This document shows positions 34,098 through 49,688 of a DNA stretch of 64,000 bases, piece by piece. Both the position numbers and the translations under genes were made by a program. Within the stretch, counting starts at the first letter, position 1, and the number at the start of each line of letters is the position of its first letter. The stretch is from the human T2T-CHM13v2.0 reference genome, Homo sapiens: NCBI RefSeq assembly GCF_009914755.1, contig NC_060928.1. One strand, written 5' to 3'. A model generated the notes under the pieces. It saw only the letters and a program-made list of their open reading frames with translations. It was not told the origin of the DNA and made no database searches.

Positions 34098-34769
34098 TAT
34101 ATTAGTTTCCTGTGGCTGCTGTAAAATTTGTTACTCTGAAACATCACTCATTTATTCTCTTACAGTTCTAGAAGCCCTAAGACCAAAATCCATTTAGGCT
34201 ACATAAAGTTAAAGGGTCACAGGTCTGTGTCCCTCTGGAAATTCTATGTGGTTCCAGTTCCGGTGGCATTTCTTGGCTCATGGTCCCATGGTCCCTTCCT
34301 TCCTCTTTTATTTTTTGTTTGATTTTTTGAGATGGGATCTTGCTCTGTTGCCCAGGCTGGAGTGCAGTGGTGGGATCATAGCTCTCTGCAGCCTTGAGTT
34401 TTTGGGCTCAAGGGATCCTCCTGCCTCAGCCTCTCTAGTAGCTGGAGCTGGGACTACAAGTGCGTGCCACCACATCCAGCTCCTCCCTATTCAAAGCCAG
34501 CAGTATAGCATCATCAAACCCCTCTCTGTTTCTATTATTATCACATCTCTCTCTTTCTCTTCTATGTCAAATCTCCTTTTGCCTCCCTCTTAGAAGGAAA
34601 CCTTTGATTGCATTTTGGGCCCATCTGGATAATCCAGGATGATCTCCTTGTCACAAGCGCTATAATTTAATCGCATCTCGAAAGACCCCTTTTCCGTATA
34701 AGGTAATATGCACAGGCTGCAGGGATTAGGGTGTAGATCTCTTTGAGGGTCATTATTCAGCCTACCACA
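34098..34769 (-). mobile_element. MLT1D/E-like LTR interrupted by an Alu monomer (34305-34481)
   Basis: tattagtttcctgtggctgctgta...ggataatccaggatgatctc...cattattcagcctaccaca. Confidence 0.7.
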
Positions 34770-34934
34770 GAAGGGAGTTCCATCTTTTTTTTTAAAAAAA
34801 GGTCAAAAGCTATTGTGCTAAATAATAACAGAAACACTTACATAGTACATTCTATATGCCAGACATTGTTTTAAGTGTATTTGTGTGTGTGTGTGCTCGT
34901 GTGAATCATTTGTTTCTTATTTTAAGGATTTGTG

Positions 34935-35254
34935 TTTTTCTTTTTCTTTTTTTCTTTTTCTTTTTTTTTTTGAGACAGGGTCTTGCTCTGTCACCAAGGC
35001 TGGAGTGCAGTGGCGTGACCTTGACTCACTGCAACTTCCCCCTCCCAGGTTCAAGCGATTCTCGTGTCTTAGCCTCCCTAGTAACTAGGACTACAGGCAT
35101 GCACCACCACACCTGGCTAATTTTTGTATTTTTAGTAGAGATGGGGTTTCACTATGTTGGCCAGGCTGATCTCAAACTCCTGACCTCAGGGGATCTGCCT
35201 TCCTTGGCCTCCCAAAGTGCTGGGATTACAGGCGTGTGCCACAGTGCCCAGCCA
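34935..35254 (-). mobile_element. Alu (AluSx-like) inserted at the tail of the next Alu
   Basis: Reverse-complement dimer; flanked by aggatttgt repeat. Confidence 0.92.
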
Positions 35255-35257
35255 GGA

Positions 35258-35571
<314 letters not shown>

Positions 35572-36144
35572 TAGGTCTACTTAGAATGTGCAAGAGACTC
35601 CTTCGCCCATCTAGAACACCTACTTCAATTTTCTATTTGTAAAATAATTTAGTTATTTTAGTAATAGCAATGAAGAGTTATTATAAAAGCAATTGAGAGG
35701 GAAAAAGGAAGGGTTTCCATTTGTGTGTCCAATAGGAATGCAGTCACTTAAGTATGAACTGCAAGGTATACTTTTTTAAAAGTATAATTATTGAAAAATT
35801 ATAATCCGAGAAAATATTGTTGATGCATCTATTTAATAATTTCTGAGTCAGCCAGATCACCAATAATAAACTAAATAGGTAACAATGAAGCTAAACTAAT
35901 GGGAATTGATAGCTAAAAGAACAAAGAGAGCCACAATAAAAAATATAACTATCTCAGGGCAACATTAATGACAAGAAGTGCTTCACGAAAACTTCAGGAA
36001 TTCCAACCCACATGTGAGCAGGTGCATGGGCAATAGGAACTTTGATACATTAGCAAGCATTGCCTAGCACAGTCATCTGAGTAGAATATTGAATTACAGT
36101 CCTTAATAAACTCTAGAATATGCTAATTTTTCAGTACAACATCA

Positions 36145-36447
<303 letters not shown>

Positions 36448-36495
36448 ACAAACATCAAATTTTATTCTTAGAAACTTCCTGTAACTATGAAGTCT

Positions 36496-36791
36496 TTTTT
36501 TTTTTTTTGGAGACGAAGTCATGCTCTGTTGCCCAGGCTGGAGTGTAGTGGTGTGATCTCTCTCACTGCAGCCTCTGCCTCCTGGGTTCAAGTGATTCTC
36601 CTGTTTCAGCCTCCCTAGTAGCTGGGATTACAGGTGCATGCCACCATGCTTGGCTAATTTTTGTATTTTTAGTAGAGACGGGGTTTCACCATGTTGGCCA
36701 GGCTGGTCTTGAACTCCTGACCTCAAGTGATCCGCCTGCCTTGGCCTCCCAAAGTGCTGGGATTACAGGCGTGAACCACTGGCACCCACCT
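36496..36791 (-). mobile_element. Alu (AluSx-like)
   Basis: Poly-T and full reverse-complement dimer. Confidence 0.92.
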
Positions 36792-37695
36792 GTATTAAGT
36801 CTTGATAATAATGATGAAAACTCACATTTTGAGCCCTTAGTATGTGACAAGCACTGTGCTAAACACTTTAATACATTAATTTCTTAATCCTTGTACTAAT
36901 AGAAATTATGAATCTGAAGTACAGAGAAGTTAAGTAACTTGCTCCAAGTTGCACAGATAAAAAATAGTGGAGCTGGGAGAGGAACCCAGGCAGCCCCTAA
37001 AGAATACATATGGAAGGCTATGGGATAGTTTGAGCCCACCTTCAAGAATCATTGTTTTAGATATTTATAGCACTGCTTTTTTCCAGAGTTGATATATAAA
37101 ACTCTAGGCACTTTTTATAACCTTTACTGAAGCTACGGTGGACTTGGATTATAGTCATTGATTTCCTGCATTAAATTGTCAGCTCCAGGAGGTCAGAGAA
37201 CCCATCTTGTTCTTTTGTTTTCCAAGGCCCTAGAAAAATGTCTAGCACAGAGTATTGGATCAATAGATGTATATATACTTTATTTAATTGTTTCACATAA
37301 AAATGCTTACCAACATATTTTATTTTTCTGCTGATCTCAACATTTATTATTCCAGTAAACATGTATCTAGCACAAGCCATGTGCCCACTTCAGACATGGG
37401 GATACAGCAGTGATAAACTTACACATGGTCCTACCCTCAGGGAGTTTGTAGTCTAATGGGGGAAACAGACACTAAAGGAGCCATTAAGATGATGAGATGA
37501 TAAGAGAACTATGGATGCCATCCCAGCACACTGTAAAGGGGCTGATCCTAAAAAAAGGCCAGGGAAGGACTTGTGAGGAAGTGTTGAAGGTTGAAAGCTG
37601 GAAGATGAGTGGTAAATAGGTCAGATGAAAGGGAAAGGGGATATGTTGGAGAGAATATCTTAGATAGAGGAACAGTGCGTTGAAAGGTCAGGGAT

Positions 37696-37826
37696 GGCCA
37701 GGTGTGATGGCCTCACACCTGTAATCCTAGCAGTCTGGGAGGCCAAGGTGGGATCGTTTGAGTCCGGGAGTTCAAGCCCAGCCTGGTCAACATGGTGAGA
37801 TCCCATCCCTATTTTAAAAAAAAATT
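37696..37826 (+). mobile_element. Alu left monomer (FLAM-like) inside an L2 fragment
   Basis: ggccaggtgtgatggcctcacacctgtaatcc...; A tail. Confidence 0.75.
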
Positions 37827-40159
37827 AAGAAAGGTGCAGGGATGAGAAGCACAAAGCATTTGTGGACCTACAAGAACTTTATTGGGTCCTTGAGCCTAGT
37901 GGACATAAGGGATAAAGGCCAGCCATAAGGCAAGAGAATTAGTCATGGGCCAGCTCTGGGAAGGCCTTGGTAGGAGTATGGAATTTCTCACAAGGTACTG
38001 GGAAATCGCTGTAGAATTTTAAACATAATTAATGTTTTGCTAAAATTTACGTCCAGAATGATTTCACTTGTGGGCAGTGCAGAGAATGGATTCACTTGTG
38101 ACAGTGCAGAGTAGGAAGTAAAACAGAAGGTTGGGAAACCGGTTAGAAGGTTATTGCAATGGTCTTAGTGATAGAGGATAGCAATGGCCAGGATGGAGAG
38201 AAACTTGAGAAACAAACACCTAGCCAGCCAAGCAGAGCAACCAAGTTTCTAATGAAAGTGTTAGTCAGACCAGAATTTTCTCCAACTGCGTCATTAACCT
38301 CATCACTTGCGATCTTTAAGAGGAAAGAGTATATGCTCTGGTTATTGTTCTGATTCTAAATTTTGTCCCAAAGATCAAGAGTGCAGTACCATCTTCACAG
38401 TGAAGATGCACTGGACAGCAGTGTTTAAATGGTCAACTATGGTTGGGAGGGAGGGGGTTGAGGGACCAGAGGCTGAATATTGTAGTTTCAACCAGAGAGA
38501 GTCATACATCAAAATTGTCTGTAGAGCTTTTTAAAAATAACTATGCCCGGTCCCCATCCCAGATCTGTGGATTTACAGTCTCCAGAAATGGGGCTGGGGA
38601 GTGTGCACTTTATAAAGCTCCATAGAATATTTTGATACTCTATGATTTAGAACTTTGTGTGTAGGGCATGAAATACTGAGGGCTTGAGCAGGGCTTTTCA
38701 GAGAATACAAATGTGGGAATTAATAAGGAGGTATAATTTTCAGGACTTGGCAACCGACTGGATGTGACCCAGATGGCAAAGAGAGGTTCTACAGATAGCG
38801 GTATCTGTGATCGTCCACTAGACCATTTACAACCTGGGCAGAACTTTTGTGAAAACTGGATAAAGTCACCTCCCTAAGCATAGAGCTTGGCAAGCTGAGC
38901 CAGGTGCTGCCATCAGGCCATGGGTTCTATATGGCAGTCCTGGTTTCCCACCTGGAAACAGGAGGTCCAGGCAGCATAGGTGAGCTGGTTAGCAAAGACA
39001 CTGGTAGATTAAGTTTGGGTCAAAGTGTGTTGGGTAAGCAGGAAAATATTCATCTATCCTCAGGTGTTAGAGCAGGTAAGTGGAAATCCTGTTTGTTGAA
39101 GACCAAGGATTGAGCTGGGAGATATTGGCGTAGTGGCAGAGCTGAAGATCTGCATTGTTTGATACAGTCAAAGGGAAGACTGCAGATAGAAAACAGAGTT
39201 CTCTGTTACTCGAGTGTAACTGGTGACAGTTAAATTAAATGTACTGGGAAGAAACAATCACTTAGAAAGTAACCAATGATACAACAAAATTCCCTCCATA
39301 AAACTTAAATGTTATTTTCCGGAAACTTTAGCCTAAAAAGTAGTAGGAAATTCCATGGTGGGGTAACAGGTTTTATGGGAAAAGTAGGACAGAAGAACCA
39401 ACCTTGGCGGAACTTATGAATATTGTCACATTTTCTAAACTCAAACAGTGGAGGGCATACTAACTAAATAGACTGTTAGTAGCATTAAACCCAGCCTAAG
39501 TTAAAGGGTGCTGGACAGCTAATCGCCGTGTACCACCTCCTGGTTGTTAGACTCTACAGGATTTCTTCCCCCATTTAATCGAGATGGTTGCAAGTTCATT
39601 TTGCATTATTGCAGATAATGTTTATTTGCATTTTAAGATATGTTTACTTTATTCCTGTTCTACTCATGTGTCCAGTCTTCTCTGATTTGGAGTTGTTTTC
39701 TCCTGCTTCCTGGAGTAACTTGGATATTTGGAAAGGAACATCTGCACAACTGAGAAGATTTTTTTTTTTAAACTCGTTTATTTATGCAGAGGGTCATGAA
39801 AACTTCAGCCAAAGAAAGCAGAGCATTGCAAACTGTTAGTTCCTCTTAGAGGTTTCAGTTCTCTTCTCCCAGAAGATAACAGCTAATAATATAAACAACA
39901 TTCTTTCAACATTTCCATCTGCTGAGTGTTGGGCTCAGAGTTTTACATATGTTGTGCTATTTACCCTTACAATAACATTGTAAAGCAGGTGATACTATCA
40001 TCTCCATTTCAGAGATGGGGAAGTTGGCTCTTAGCCTAACAAATTTGGTCAAGGTCAAAGCAGTATCATTAGTCAGTGGTAGACATAAATTTGAACGCAG
40101 ATTGGGCTAACCCTGAAGCCCTAAATCTTCTCTTTTAGAATTATGGTAAAAGACACATA

Positions 40160-40497
40160 TGTTAAATCAAGTTTAGCCTAAAGCTGCCTCCTTACGTATT
40201 TTAAGTTCAGCCTAAAGGTTTTGCTGTACATTGTAAACTATAACAAGTGGAGGTGTAAACAGACCATAGCCTACAGTTGTGCCAATCACCAAGTTTTGGC
40301 CAATGAAATGTAGCCAACCGTTCGAACGGTGTTCGAATAAGGCAAATGCAGACCTGTAACCAATCCAGCTGTTTCCGAACCTCCCTTTCCTTATTCTGTC
40401 CATGAATCTTCCACCACGTGGCTGCCTGATTTGTGAATAGTTCATTGCTCAATTAAACTTCTTTAAATTTAATTCAGCTGAAGTTTTTGTCTTATCA
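40160..40497 (+). mobile_element. MER57-like ERV1 solo LTR
   Basis: TG...CA ends; tgttaaatcaagtttagcctaaagctgcctccttac start; several CCAAT boxes; attaaa signal; 4-bp TSD cata at 40156-40159 and 40498-40501. Confidence 0.85.
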
Positions 40498-40518
40498 CAT
40501 AGATTTACCATCTTAACC

Positions 40519-40831
40519 TTTTTTTTTTTTTTTTTTTTTTTTTTGAGACAGAATCTTGCTCTGTCGCCCATGCTGGAGTGCAGTGGCATGATCTCGGCTC
40601 ACTGCAAGCTCCGTCCCCCCGGGTTCATGCCATTCTCCTGCCTCAGCCTCCCAAGTAGTTGGAACTGCAGGTGCCCGCCGCCACGTCCGGCTAATTTTTT
40701 TTGTATTTTTTTAAGTAGAGACTGCATTTCACCATGTTGGCCAGGATGGTCTCTATCTCCTGACCTTGTGATCCGCCTGCCTCAGCCTCCCAAAGTGCTG
40801 GGATTACAGGCGTGAGCCACCATGCCCGGCC
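40519..40831 (-). mobile_element. Alu (AluY-like), full length
   Basis: gcaagctccg...ttcatgccattctcc Y-type positions; TSD ccatcttaaccttttt. Confidence 0.9.
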
Positions 40832-41267
40832 CCATCTTAACCTTTTTTAAGCGTACAGGTCAGTGGCATTACATACCTTCACATTGTTTTGCAAATATCA
40901 CAACCATTCATCTGCAGAAGTTTTTAATCATCCCAGACTAAAACTCTGTACTCATTAAACAACTCTAAATTCCCGCCTCTTCCAGTCCCTGGTAACTACC
41001 TTTCTACTTTCTGTCTCCATAAACTTGACTATTCTAGGTGCCTCATATAAGTACAATCATACAATAGTTGTCCTTTGGTGTCTGGTTTATTTCACTTAGG
41101 TTCACTTAGTTTTAGCACTTATAAGGATTTCCTTCCTTTTTAAGGTTGAATACTATTCCATTGTATGTCTATTCTACATCATATTTTGTTTTGCCATTCA
41201 TCTGCGGATTGGGTTGTTTACACTGTTCGGCTATTGTGAATAATGCTGCTATGAAGATGGGTGTACA

Positions 41268-41601
<334 letters not shown>

Positions 41602-41954
41602 TCAATTTAAGGCCCTAAATATTAAGCACTGCTCCACAAAGCAGCAAGATCCAGCAAGGTCACAGCTCTGAGATGGAGGCTGACCAGCCTGCAGCTTCCT
41701 TTATGTAATCCAGTACGAACATAGCCTCACGGGAGAGGAAAGAAAGGAATACAGGAACTTCGTCTTCCTCCCCACAACTTCCTAGTTGAAAAACAGATTC
41801 TACTATTGTCGACCTGATTGTACTTGGAATCAGTTGCAGAAATCCTGAAACATAAGCCACAGCTCTATTTCTTCTCTTTCAGAGTTAAAAAAAAAATACA
41901 CATTTTGCAACAGTATAGAAAATACCTATTTTTAAAAAATGCTCTGCGATATAA

Positions 41955-42284
<330 letters not shown>

Positions 42285-42561
42285 GACAATGCCACTTCAA
42301 CTACACCATCGTACCTACCTGGTCTCCCTGCCCATCTGTATTAGCTATTGTTCATACTGACTATGCATAGATTTGTATCACTTGAAAGGCACATTTCATC
42401 CTCTTTAGTCATTTTCTATTTGATGGATCAGGTGTGGTTTATGTCTTGGTAATTAATTAGGAAAATGTAAAAACAAAACTCTCCCTTCTGATTTTTTTTT
42501 TTTTTTTAGTAATTTTTCATGCTAAACATCTTTCACAGCCCTTGTCAGTTCTCTCAATCAA

Positions 42562-43009
42562 TCTCTCTCTCTCCCCGCCTTTCCCTCTCTCCCTCTCCCC
42601 ACCTTTCCCTCTCTCCCTCTCCCCACCTTTCCCTCTCTCCCTCTCTCTCTCTCTCCCTCTCCCTCTGTCTCTCTCTCCCTCTCTCTCCCTCACTCTCCCT
42701 CTCTCTCCCTCTCTCTCTCTCCCTCTCCCTCTCTCTCTCTCCCTCTCCCTCTCTCTCTCTCCCTCTCCCTCTCTCTCTCCCTCTCTCTCCCTCACTCTCC
42801 CTCTCTCTCCTTCTCTCTCCCTCTCTCTCTCTCTCTCTCTCCCTCTCTCTCCCTCTCTCTCCCTCTCTCTCCCTCACTCTCCCCCTCTCTCTCCCTCTCC
42901 CTCTCTCTCTCTCTCTCTCCCTCTCTCTCCCTCACTCTCCCCCTCTCTCTCCCTCTCTCTCCCTCTCTCTCTCCCTCTCTCTCCCTCTCTCCTTCCCTCC
43001 TTCCCTCCC
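42562..43009. repeat. Polypyrimidine (CT/CCCTCT-type) low-complexity tract
   Basis: About 450 bp almost entirely C/T; starts with three 24-mers ctctcccc(g/a)cctttccctctctcc. Confidence 0.95.
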
Positions 43010-43191
43010 ATTCAATAGAATGTGGATGAGGCACACTCACATCGTGAAGGGTAACCTGCTTTATTCAAAGTCCACAGACTTAAATCTTAATCTCATCCCA
43101 AAAAGCATACTTTCATAGAAACATCTAGAAAAATGAGCAAATATCTGGGCACTGTGTCCCAGTGAAGCTGACACATAGAATTAACCCTCAC
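43010..43191 (-). mobile_element. MLT2 (ERVL) LTR 5' part
   Basis: ggatgaggcacactcacat...ctgctttattcaaagtccac...gctgacacatagaattaaccctcaca. Confidence 0.8.
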
Positions 43192-43907
43192 AGTGTGGGA
43201 AAGGCAAGAGAAGTATATTTTATTTTAAACAGGGGAGCTTCGCTACCTGCTAGACTAACAAACAGAGGTTTTAGTGGATGAGCCGTTTAGAAATATCTTA
43301 TAATTAGAGTAGAAAACAAATAAACTAAGCTCTCTACATGGGAAAGGTCAAAAAGCAGAGGCGTCACCCAGGTCCTGGCTGTGGATTTTCACAGGGTGGT
43401 GAGCAGATGGGAGCCTCCCAGTGAGAGCAGAAGGCACCTCTCCCTGGAGGCCAAGGCTCCCGAAGCTGCTGAGGGAGATTAAAAGCCTCCCTGCATGGGA
43501 CAGTTTCCAGCTCCCACACCCAGCTGGTGGGCTCCTCTTTGCACTGGCTGCCACAGCCAGCAGGTTCCTATGCCCCCTCCCCAGGGCATTCAACTAGAGA
43601 AGCAGGCTTGGGGCTGACAGTGGGCTCACACCCCCTGGAGCCCCAGCAATGCCCCACTTCACTTTGCAGAGACCGTGCATCCTGGGCTGTCCTCCTCCAC
43701 TCCCTGCAGATGCACTTGTTATTTTTCTCATCCTGGAGGATACCTCTATAGTTCTTCAAGGCCCTGTTCAACTGCCATCTCCACAGCGAGGTTGGTGCTG
43801 AATCCTCTAGCTGACATTTATTTCTCCTCCATGACATTGTCGCAGCAATTACTCTGAGCTCTGAACTTACACCTTCTTCAACAGATGTCATCTACCTATC
43901 TGCGTGA

Positions 43908-44319
43908 CTGTCTTAGTCAACTTGGGCTGCCATACCAAAGTCCTACAGACTGGGTGGCTTCAACCACAAACATTGATTTCCTCACAGTTCTGGAGGCTGG
44001 AAGGCCAAGATCAAGGTGTGAGCAGAGCTGGTTTTTTCCGAAACCTCTTTCTTTGACGTGTAGATGTCTTCTCCCTGTGTCTTCACATGGTCTTTCCTCT
44101 GCACATGCAAATTTGGTGTCCAAATTTCCCCTCTTTATAAGGACACCAGTCATATTGAATTTAGGCCAACCTAATGACCTTGTCTTAACTTATTTACCCA
44201 TAATCCCTTATCTCCCGAGTCACCTATCTCCCAAATAAGGTCACCTTCTGAGGTACTGAGAGGGGGACAGAACTCGGAAATTTTTGGCAGGTGGGTGGGC
44301 ATAACTCTGCCCTTAACAG
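43908..44319 (-). mobile_element. MLT1A/B-like MaLR LTR
   Basis: tgtcttagtc...gggctgccatacc...ctcacagttctggaggctggaag...ataaggacaccagtcatattg. Confidence 0.8.
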
Positions 44320-44554
44320 TGACCTTGGGTGACTTGCTTCACCACTCAGTTTCCTGACCTGCAAAAGGGGGATACAAATAATGACTATCCCATAGTATTT
44401 TTATAAAGATGAAATCAGTTAGTGTACGTAAAACAATTAGTATAGAGTCTGATATCAGTCATCCAATAAACAGAAGTTACTTTAGTAATACTTAAAATGA
44501 TTACTTATTAAATAAAAGTTATTAGTTATTTTGAAATATTTTAAAAGAATGCAG

Positions 44555-45160
44555 TGTATTGGGCCTTAACAAAGAAGGAAATCCTGTCATCTGTGACAGC
44601 ATGGATGAACCTGGAGGACATTATGTCCAGCAAAATAAACCAGGCACAGAAAGACAAATGCCGCATGATCTCATGCATACATGGAATTTACAAAAGCTGA
44701 ATTCATAGAAGTAGAGCACTCTATGGGGGGTGGCGAGTCGGGGGATGTTGGTTAAATGATAAAAAAAAGTTTAGATAAGAGGGATAAGTCCCAGAGATCT
44801 ATTGTACAACATGGTGACTATAGTTAGTAATCTATTTTGAAAATCACTAAGAGAATAGATTTTTTAAAAAAAATATATAGAAGGTGTGTCACCATGTTGC
44901 CCAGGCTAGTCTCAAACTCCTGAGCTCAAGTGACCTACCCCCTTGGCCTCCCAAAGTGCTGGGATTATAGGCATAAGCCACCATGCCTGGCCTAGAGAAT
45001 CGATTTTTAAGTGCTTTCACCACAAAAAATAAATATGTGAGGTAATGCACATTAATTAGCTCAACTTAGCCATTCACAGTGTATACATATTTCAGAACAT
45101 CATGTTGTACACAATAAATATATACCATTTTATTTGTCAGTTAAAAATTAAAAAAAGGAT
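44555..45160 (+). mobile_element. L1MA/MB 3' end with inserted FLAM (44860-44992, minus strand)
   Basis: aagaaggaaatcctgtcat...atggatgaacctggaggacattatg...; FLAM TSD agagaat(a/c)gattttt. Confidence 0.75.
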
Positions 45161-45204
45161 TTAACATAAAATTGTTCTTACTAAAATAAGAATAATTAAT
45201 AATA

Positions 45205-45430
45205 AGAGCAGTGAGTTAAAACTGTGGGCTTTGGAGTCATGCAGACATGAACTCCAGGCTCCAGCACCTGCTAGTTTTTGGTCAAGGCAAATTACTTAAT
45301 CTGTTTGTCTGTATCTCAGTTTTTTGATCTGTAAATGGGAATATGAAATAACTGCCCCACAGAATTGTGTATAGATCTGTTGAGCTAATGTATAGAAAAC
45401 ATGTTAATCATTCAATAAATAGTAGCTCTA
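45205..45430 (+). mobile_element. MIR fragment
   Basis: gggctttggagtca...ggcaaattacttaatct...tctcagttttttgatctgtaaatggg. Confidence 0.7.
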
Positions 45431-45439
45431 CCAGTTAGA

Positions 45440-45885
45440 TTTAAGGCCAATATGTATGTCCACAGTACTGTGCTTAAAGAAGAGAGAGGTTTATTTTTCC
45501 CTCATGTAATAGTCCATGGTGAGTGATCCGGGCTGAGAAGGCAGCTCTGCATTACCAGATAAGTTGCATCCCAAGTCCCTTCCCCCTGTTGCTCTGCCAT
45601 CCTAGGGTGTTGTCCCCATCCATGAAGTTGAAGGGGGATTGTTGTGGGGTCTATGTTCCAGCCAGTGGGAAGGGGAAAGAGGAAATCTAGGATTAAGTGA
45701 CTTTAAGTAAGTGACAGAGAAGATTTCATCTTTAGTAAGAACTTAACCACATGGCCATATTTAACTCCAGAAAAGCTGGGAGATAGCCTCTAGCTTGACA
45801 GCCTGTGCAGGGCCAGAATTACACCGTGACTATGAAGAGAGAATGGATCTGGGGTTGTGGGTGAGGGCAATTAGTAGCCTGCCAC
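45440..45885 (-). mobile_element. Old MLT1 (J/K-like) LTR
   Basis: gaggtttatttttccctcatgtaa...ccacatggcca...ggcaattagtagcctgccaca. Confidence 0.55.
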
Positions 45886-45941
45886 AGCAGCTTTGATAAT
45901 ATCATCGTGTGGCTTAAAAATACAGCTGGTGTGCCTTCCAA
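45828..45941 (+). repeat. 114-bp dispersed direct repeat, copy 1
   Basis: Ungapped match to 49096-49209, 8 mismatches by eye. Confidence 0.92.
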
Positions 45942-46397
45942 CATCTTACCACTGTGATTATACTGTATAGCTCTTGAAGGGAGAGGTGTCTCCTATCACT
46001 TCAGTCCATCTTTACATCCAAAGAGCTAAGCCATAAATGCATTTTTGCCAGTTGCTTTAATAAATACTTGAACTTAGTTGTATGTATCAAGCAACATAGC
46101 ATTAATATGGTTATACTTTAAAACCAGGTCTCCTTTAATTTTTAAAAAATATATCTTCCAGCTCTGTTGCCTATACAGTAAATAACATTTTTCTAGTTTA
46201 CTCCCATTACACACTCTTAGAAACATTCCTAAAAAAAATATCAATCTGATTAGTAGAGAAAAATTAAGGCCTGAGAAACACTTTGGAAAACGTGTGCTGT
46301 GAAAACTATAAATTCTTTGGTTGAGAATAAGCAAGCATTAGAACTGGTATTTTATATAACATTATTTTTTAAATGGTTTAGCAATACAGTTTTGTAA

Positions 46398-46824
<427 letters not shown>

Positions 46825-47087
46825 TTTCAATTTCTTTAACTATTGTTTTTCTGTACATCTTCCCACCAAAATTTTTCAGTAACTGCAAGATTTTACTGCT
46901 CATCCTCTTTTCTTATTCCACTTTTTCCAGGTGAGCTCATTCATTTTCACACACATTTTCTCTACCCAGATTCATATTTTGCATTGAATTCCAGCCAAAA
47001 ATTTCCAGGTACCCATCAGACATCTCCACCAGAATGTCCTACAGCTAGCTCCAATGCAATGTGCTTAAAACTGAGGTTGTCATCTGA

Positions 47088-47534
<447 letters not shown>

Positions 47535-48159
47535 CAATGCCTGTGATTTCTAACTTTGCAATGCCTTTGGGATCCATTCCCTCTTCTCTATTTCTTCTAT
47601 CACTGCCACAGACTTAAAAAAAATCATCTCTGGCAGTATCGTGTTATTGGTTCTAGTCTTCAGCCAGCAGCTTTCTAAAATACACATCTGAGCTTGTTAC
47701 TTCCTTTAAAAAAATATTTATATATATATAATGGCTTTCCATGGCCATTAGGAGACTGTAAATTCTTTGGCAAGAATAATCAATAATCATCACACTCTGG
47801 TTTATTCTTTGCAATCTTCTCCCACTATCAGCAATTATGTAACTCATAGTCTAATGCTTTGACTATTTGGCATTTCCCCAAAATGCCTTATAAAGTCCTA
47901 CCCCTGTATCCTTTTTCATGCTAGTCCCTCTACCTGAAATATGTAAGAAAACCCATAAGTACAGTAAGGGGTAAGAAAACAGGAGTGATTGCCATTCTCT
48001 GGCATCATTGGCAGGACATTTCTTTTGGAGAGATGGACCTGCAATGGGGAATAATGTGGCACACAATGTGTCTTCATGGTGGTGAAAGATATAAATGACA
48101 CTGAAAATCAGAAGAAGTTTGCGAGTCCAAACAGCATTTCAGACCATTTAATTTTGGGC

Positions 48160-48450
48160 AGGCCAGTTGTGGTCGCTCACACCTGTAATTCCAGCACTTT
48201 GGGAGGCTGAGAAGGCAGATTGCTTGAGCCCAGCAGTTTGAGACCAGCCTGGGTAACAAGTCAAAACCCTGTCTCTCTGCCAAAGGTACAAAAATTAACC
48301 AAGTATGGTAGCTCACACCTCTAATCCCAGCTACTCAAGAGGGTGAGGTGGGAGGATCCCTTGAGCCCGGGAGGCAGATGTTGACGTGAACCAAAATTGC
48401 AAAACTGCACTCCAGAGTGAGACCTTTTCGCAAAAAAAAAAAATTAAAAA
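48160..48450 (+). mobile_element. Alu (AluJ-like)
   Basis: Diverged dimer with A tail. Confidence 0.85.
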
Positions 48451-49095
48451 CAATAATTTTTGGCAAACTCTTTTATCTTGTAGAACCACAGATTCACCAA
48501 CTGAAAACTGGGTATGGAGAGCATCATTTCAGCTAACAGTAATAACATACCTTTAGAAGAGATAGTGTGTTGGGCTCTCTGAAGGTTGATGCTAATTGGA
48601 AAACAGCACAAAAGCAAACCAAATTAAACTCTAGTCTCTACCATTGAGGAGCTTCCTCTAAGAATTACCAAAATCAGCGTCTGAGGCAGGCTGGACTGGT
48701 GTGAGCATTCTGATGGCTGCAAGAGGCAGCGAGGTCTCAGATGAAAAAGTGGGAACCAAGTGAATCCTTCACCCTGCTTCTTCCACTTGGTATGCCCCCC
48801 TTCTTCCTGACAGTAACTAGCTCTTCCGGAAGGCAGCAGAATCAGCATTTACCTGGGCTGCAGATGTCTCTCCCACAGAGCTTCCCTGCTGGTGATAAAC
48901 AGCCTGGGGAAGTGACGATGGAGCATGTGGCAAATATCCAGTGAACACTGAAGGCAGATAACACACCTCCTTTAGACACAAGTGGAATCCATTCTGGATT
49001 ACAGAATGGGCTATAGGGCCAGTGAAATGTTTCCCCACATGCACTCTTCACCCTAGCACTTACTTCTCCCTTCTTCATCTTTTGGTCATAATGAA

Positions 49096-49209
49096 GACTA
49101 TGAAGAGATAATGGATCTGGGGTGGTGGATGAGGGCAATTAGTGGCCTGCCGCAGCAGCTTTGATAATATCATTGTGTGGCTTAAAAACACAACTGGTGT
49201 GCCTTCCAA
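49096..49209 (+). repeat. 114-bp dispersed direct repeat, copy 2
   Basis: Ungapped match to 45828-45941. Confidence 0.92.
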
Positions 49210-49688
49210 TATGTTCTAAATTGTTTTCAAAAAAGAACTTTCTCACATCATTCAGAGCATTATTCTCATGCTGGGGTATTTGATCAGCCTGGACACTTGG
49301 GCTTGCAGAACTCCATAAATACTTTTGATTACAGTGAGAGAGACAGAATTGGAATCAGCTGTGGCAAAGTGTGTTTGGAGAAACATTTTCAGAATATGAG
49401 AATATCATGCTTATGGGGATGGTTTAGGCGTTAGCACCAGGAGAAGGATATTTGGAAGAAAATCCTATAAATGATGGAAATCTTACACATATGGCAGGAT
49501 TGTCTTAGTTTTCCTAGAGAGTGTAGACTAGGGCTAGCACCCAGGCTAGCACTCTTTCTGAAACTGGCCACTGTCTCTGGTGATACTATCTCTGCCATAG
49601 GCTACTGACAATGTACCACATGTAGGATGCCAGCTGATGAATAAGTGACTAAACACTCAGCAACTATCACTGTAGTGAAACTTAAAGC

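Noticed and set aside
42517-43118. SL/ER-rich ORFs, or an SVA (CCCTCT)n head
   Set aside because: ORFs are CT-repeat artefacts; no SVA Alu-like, VNTR or SINE-R region follows.
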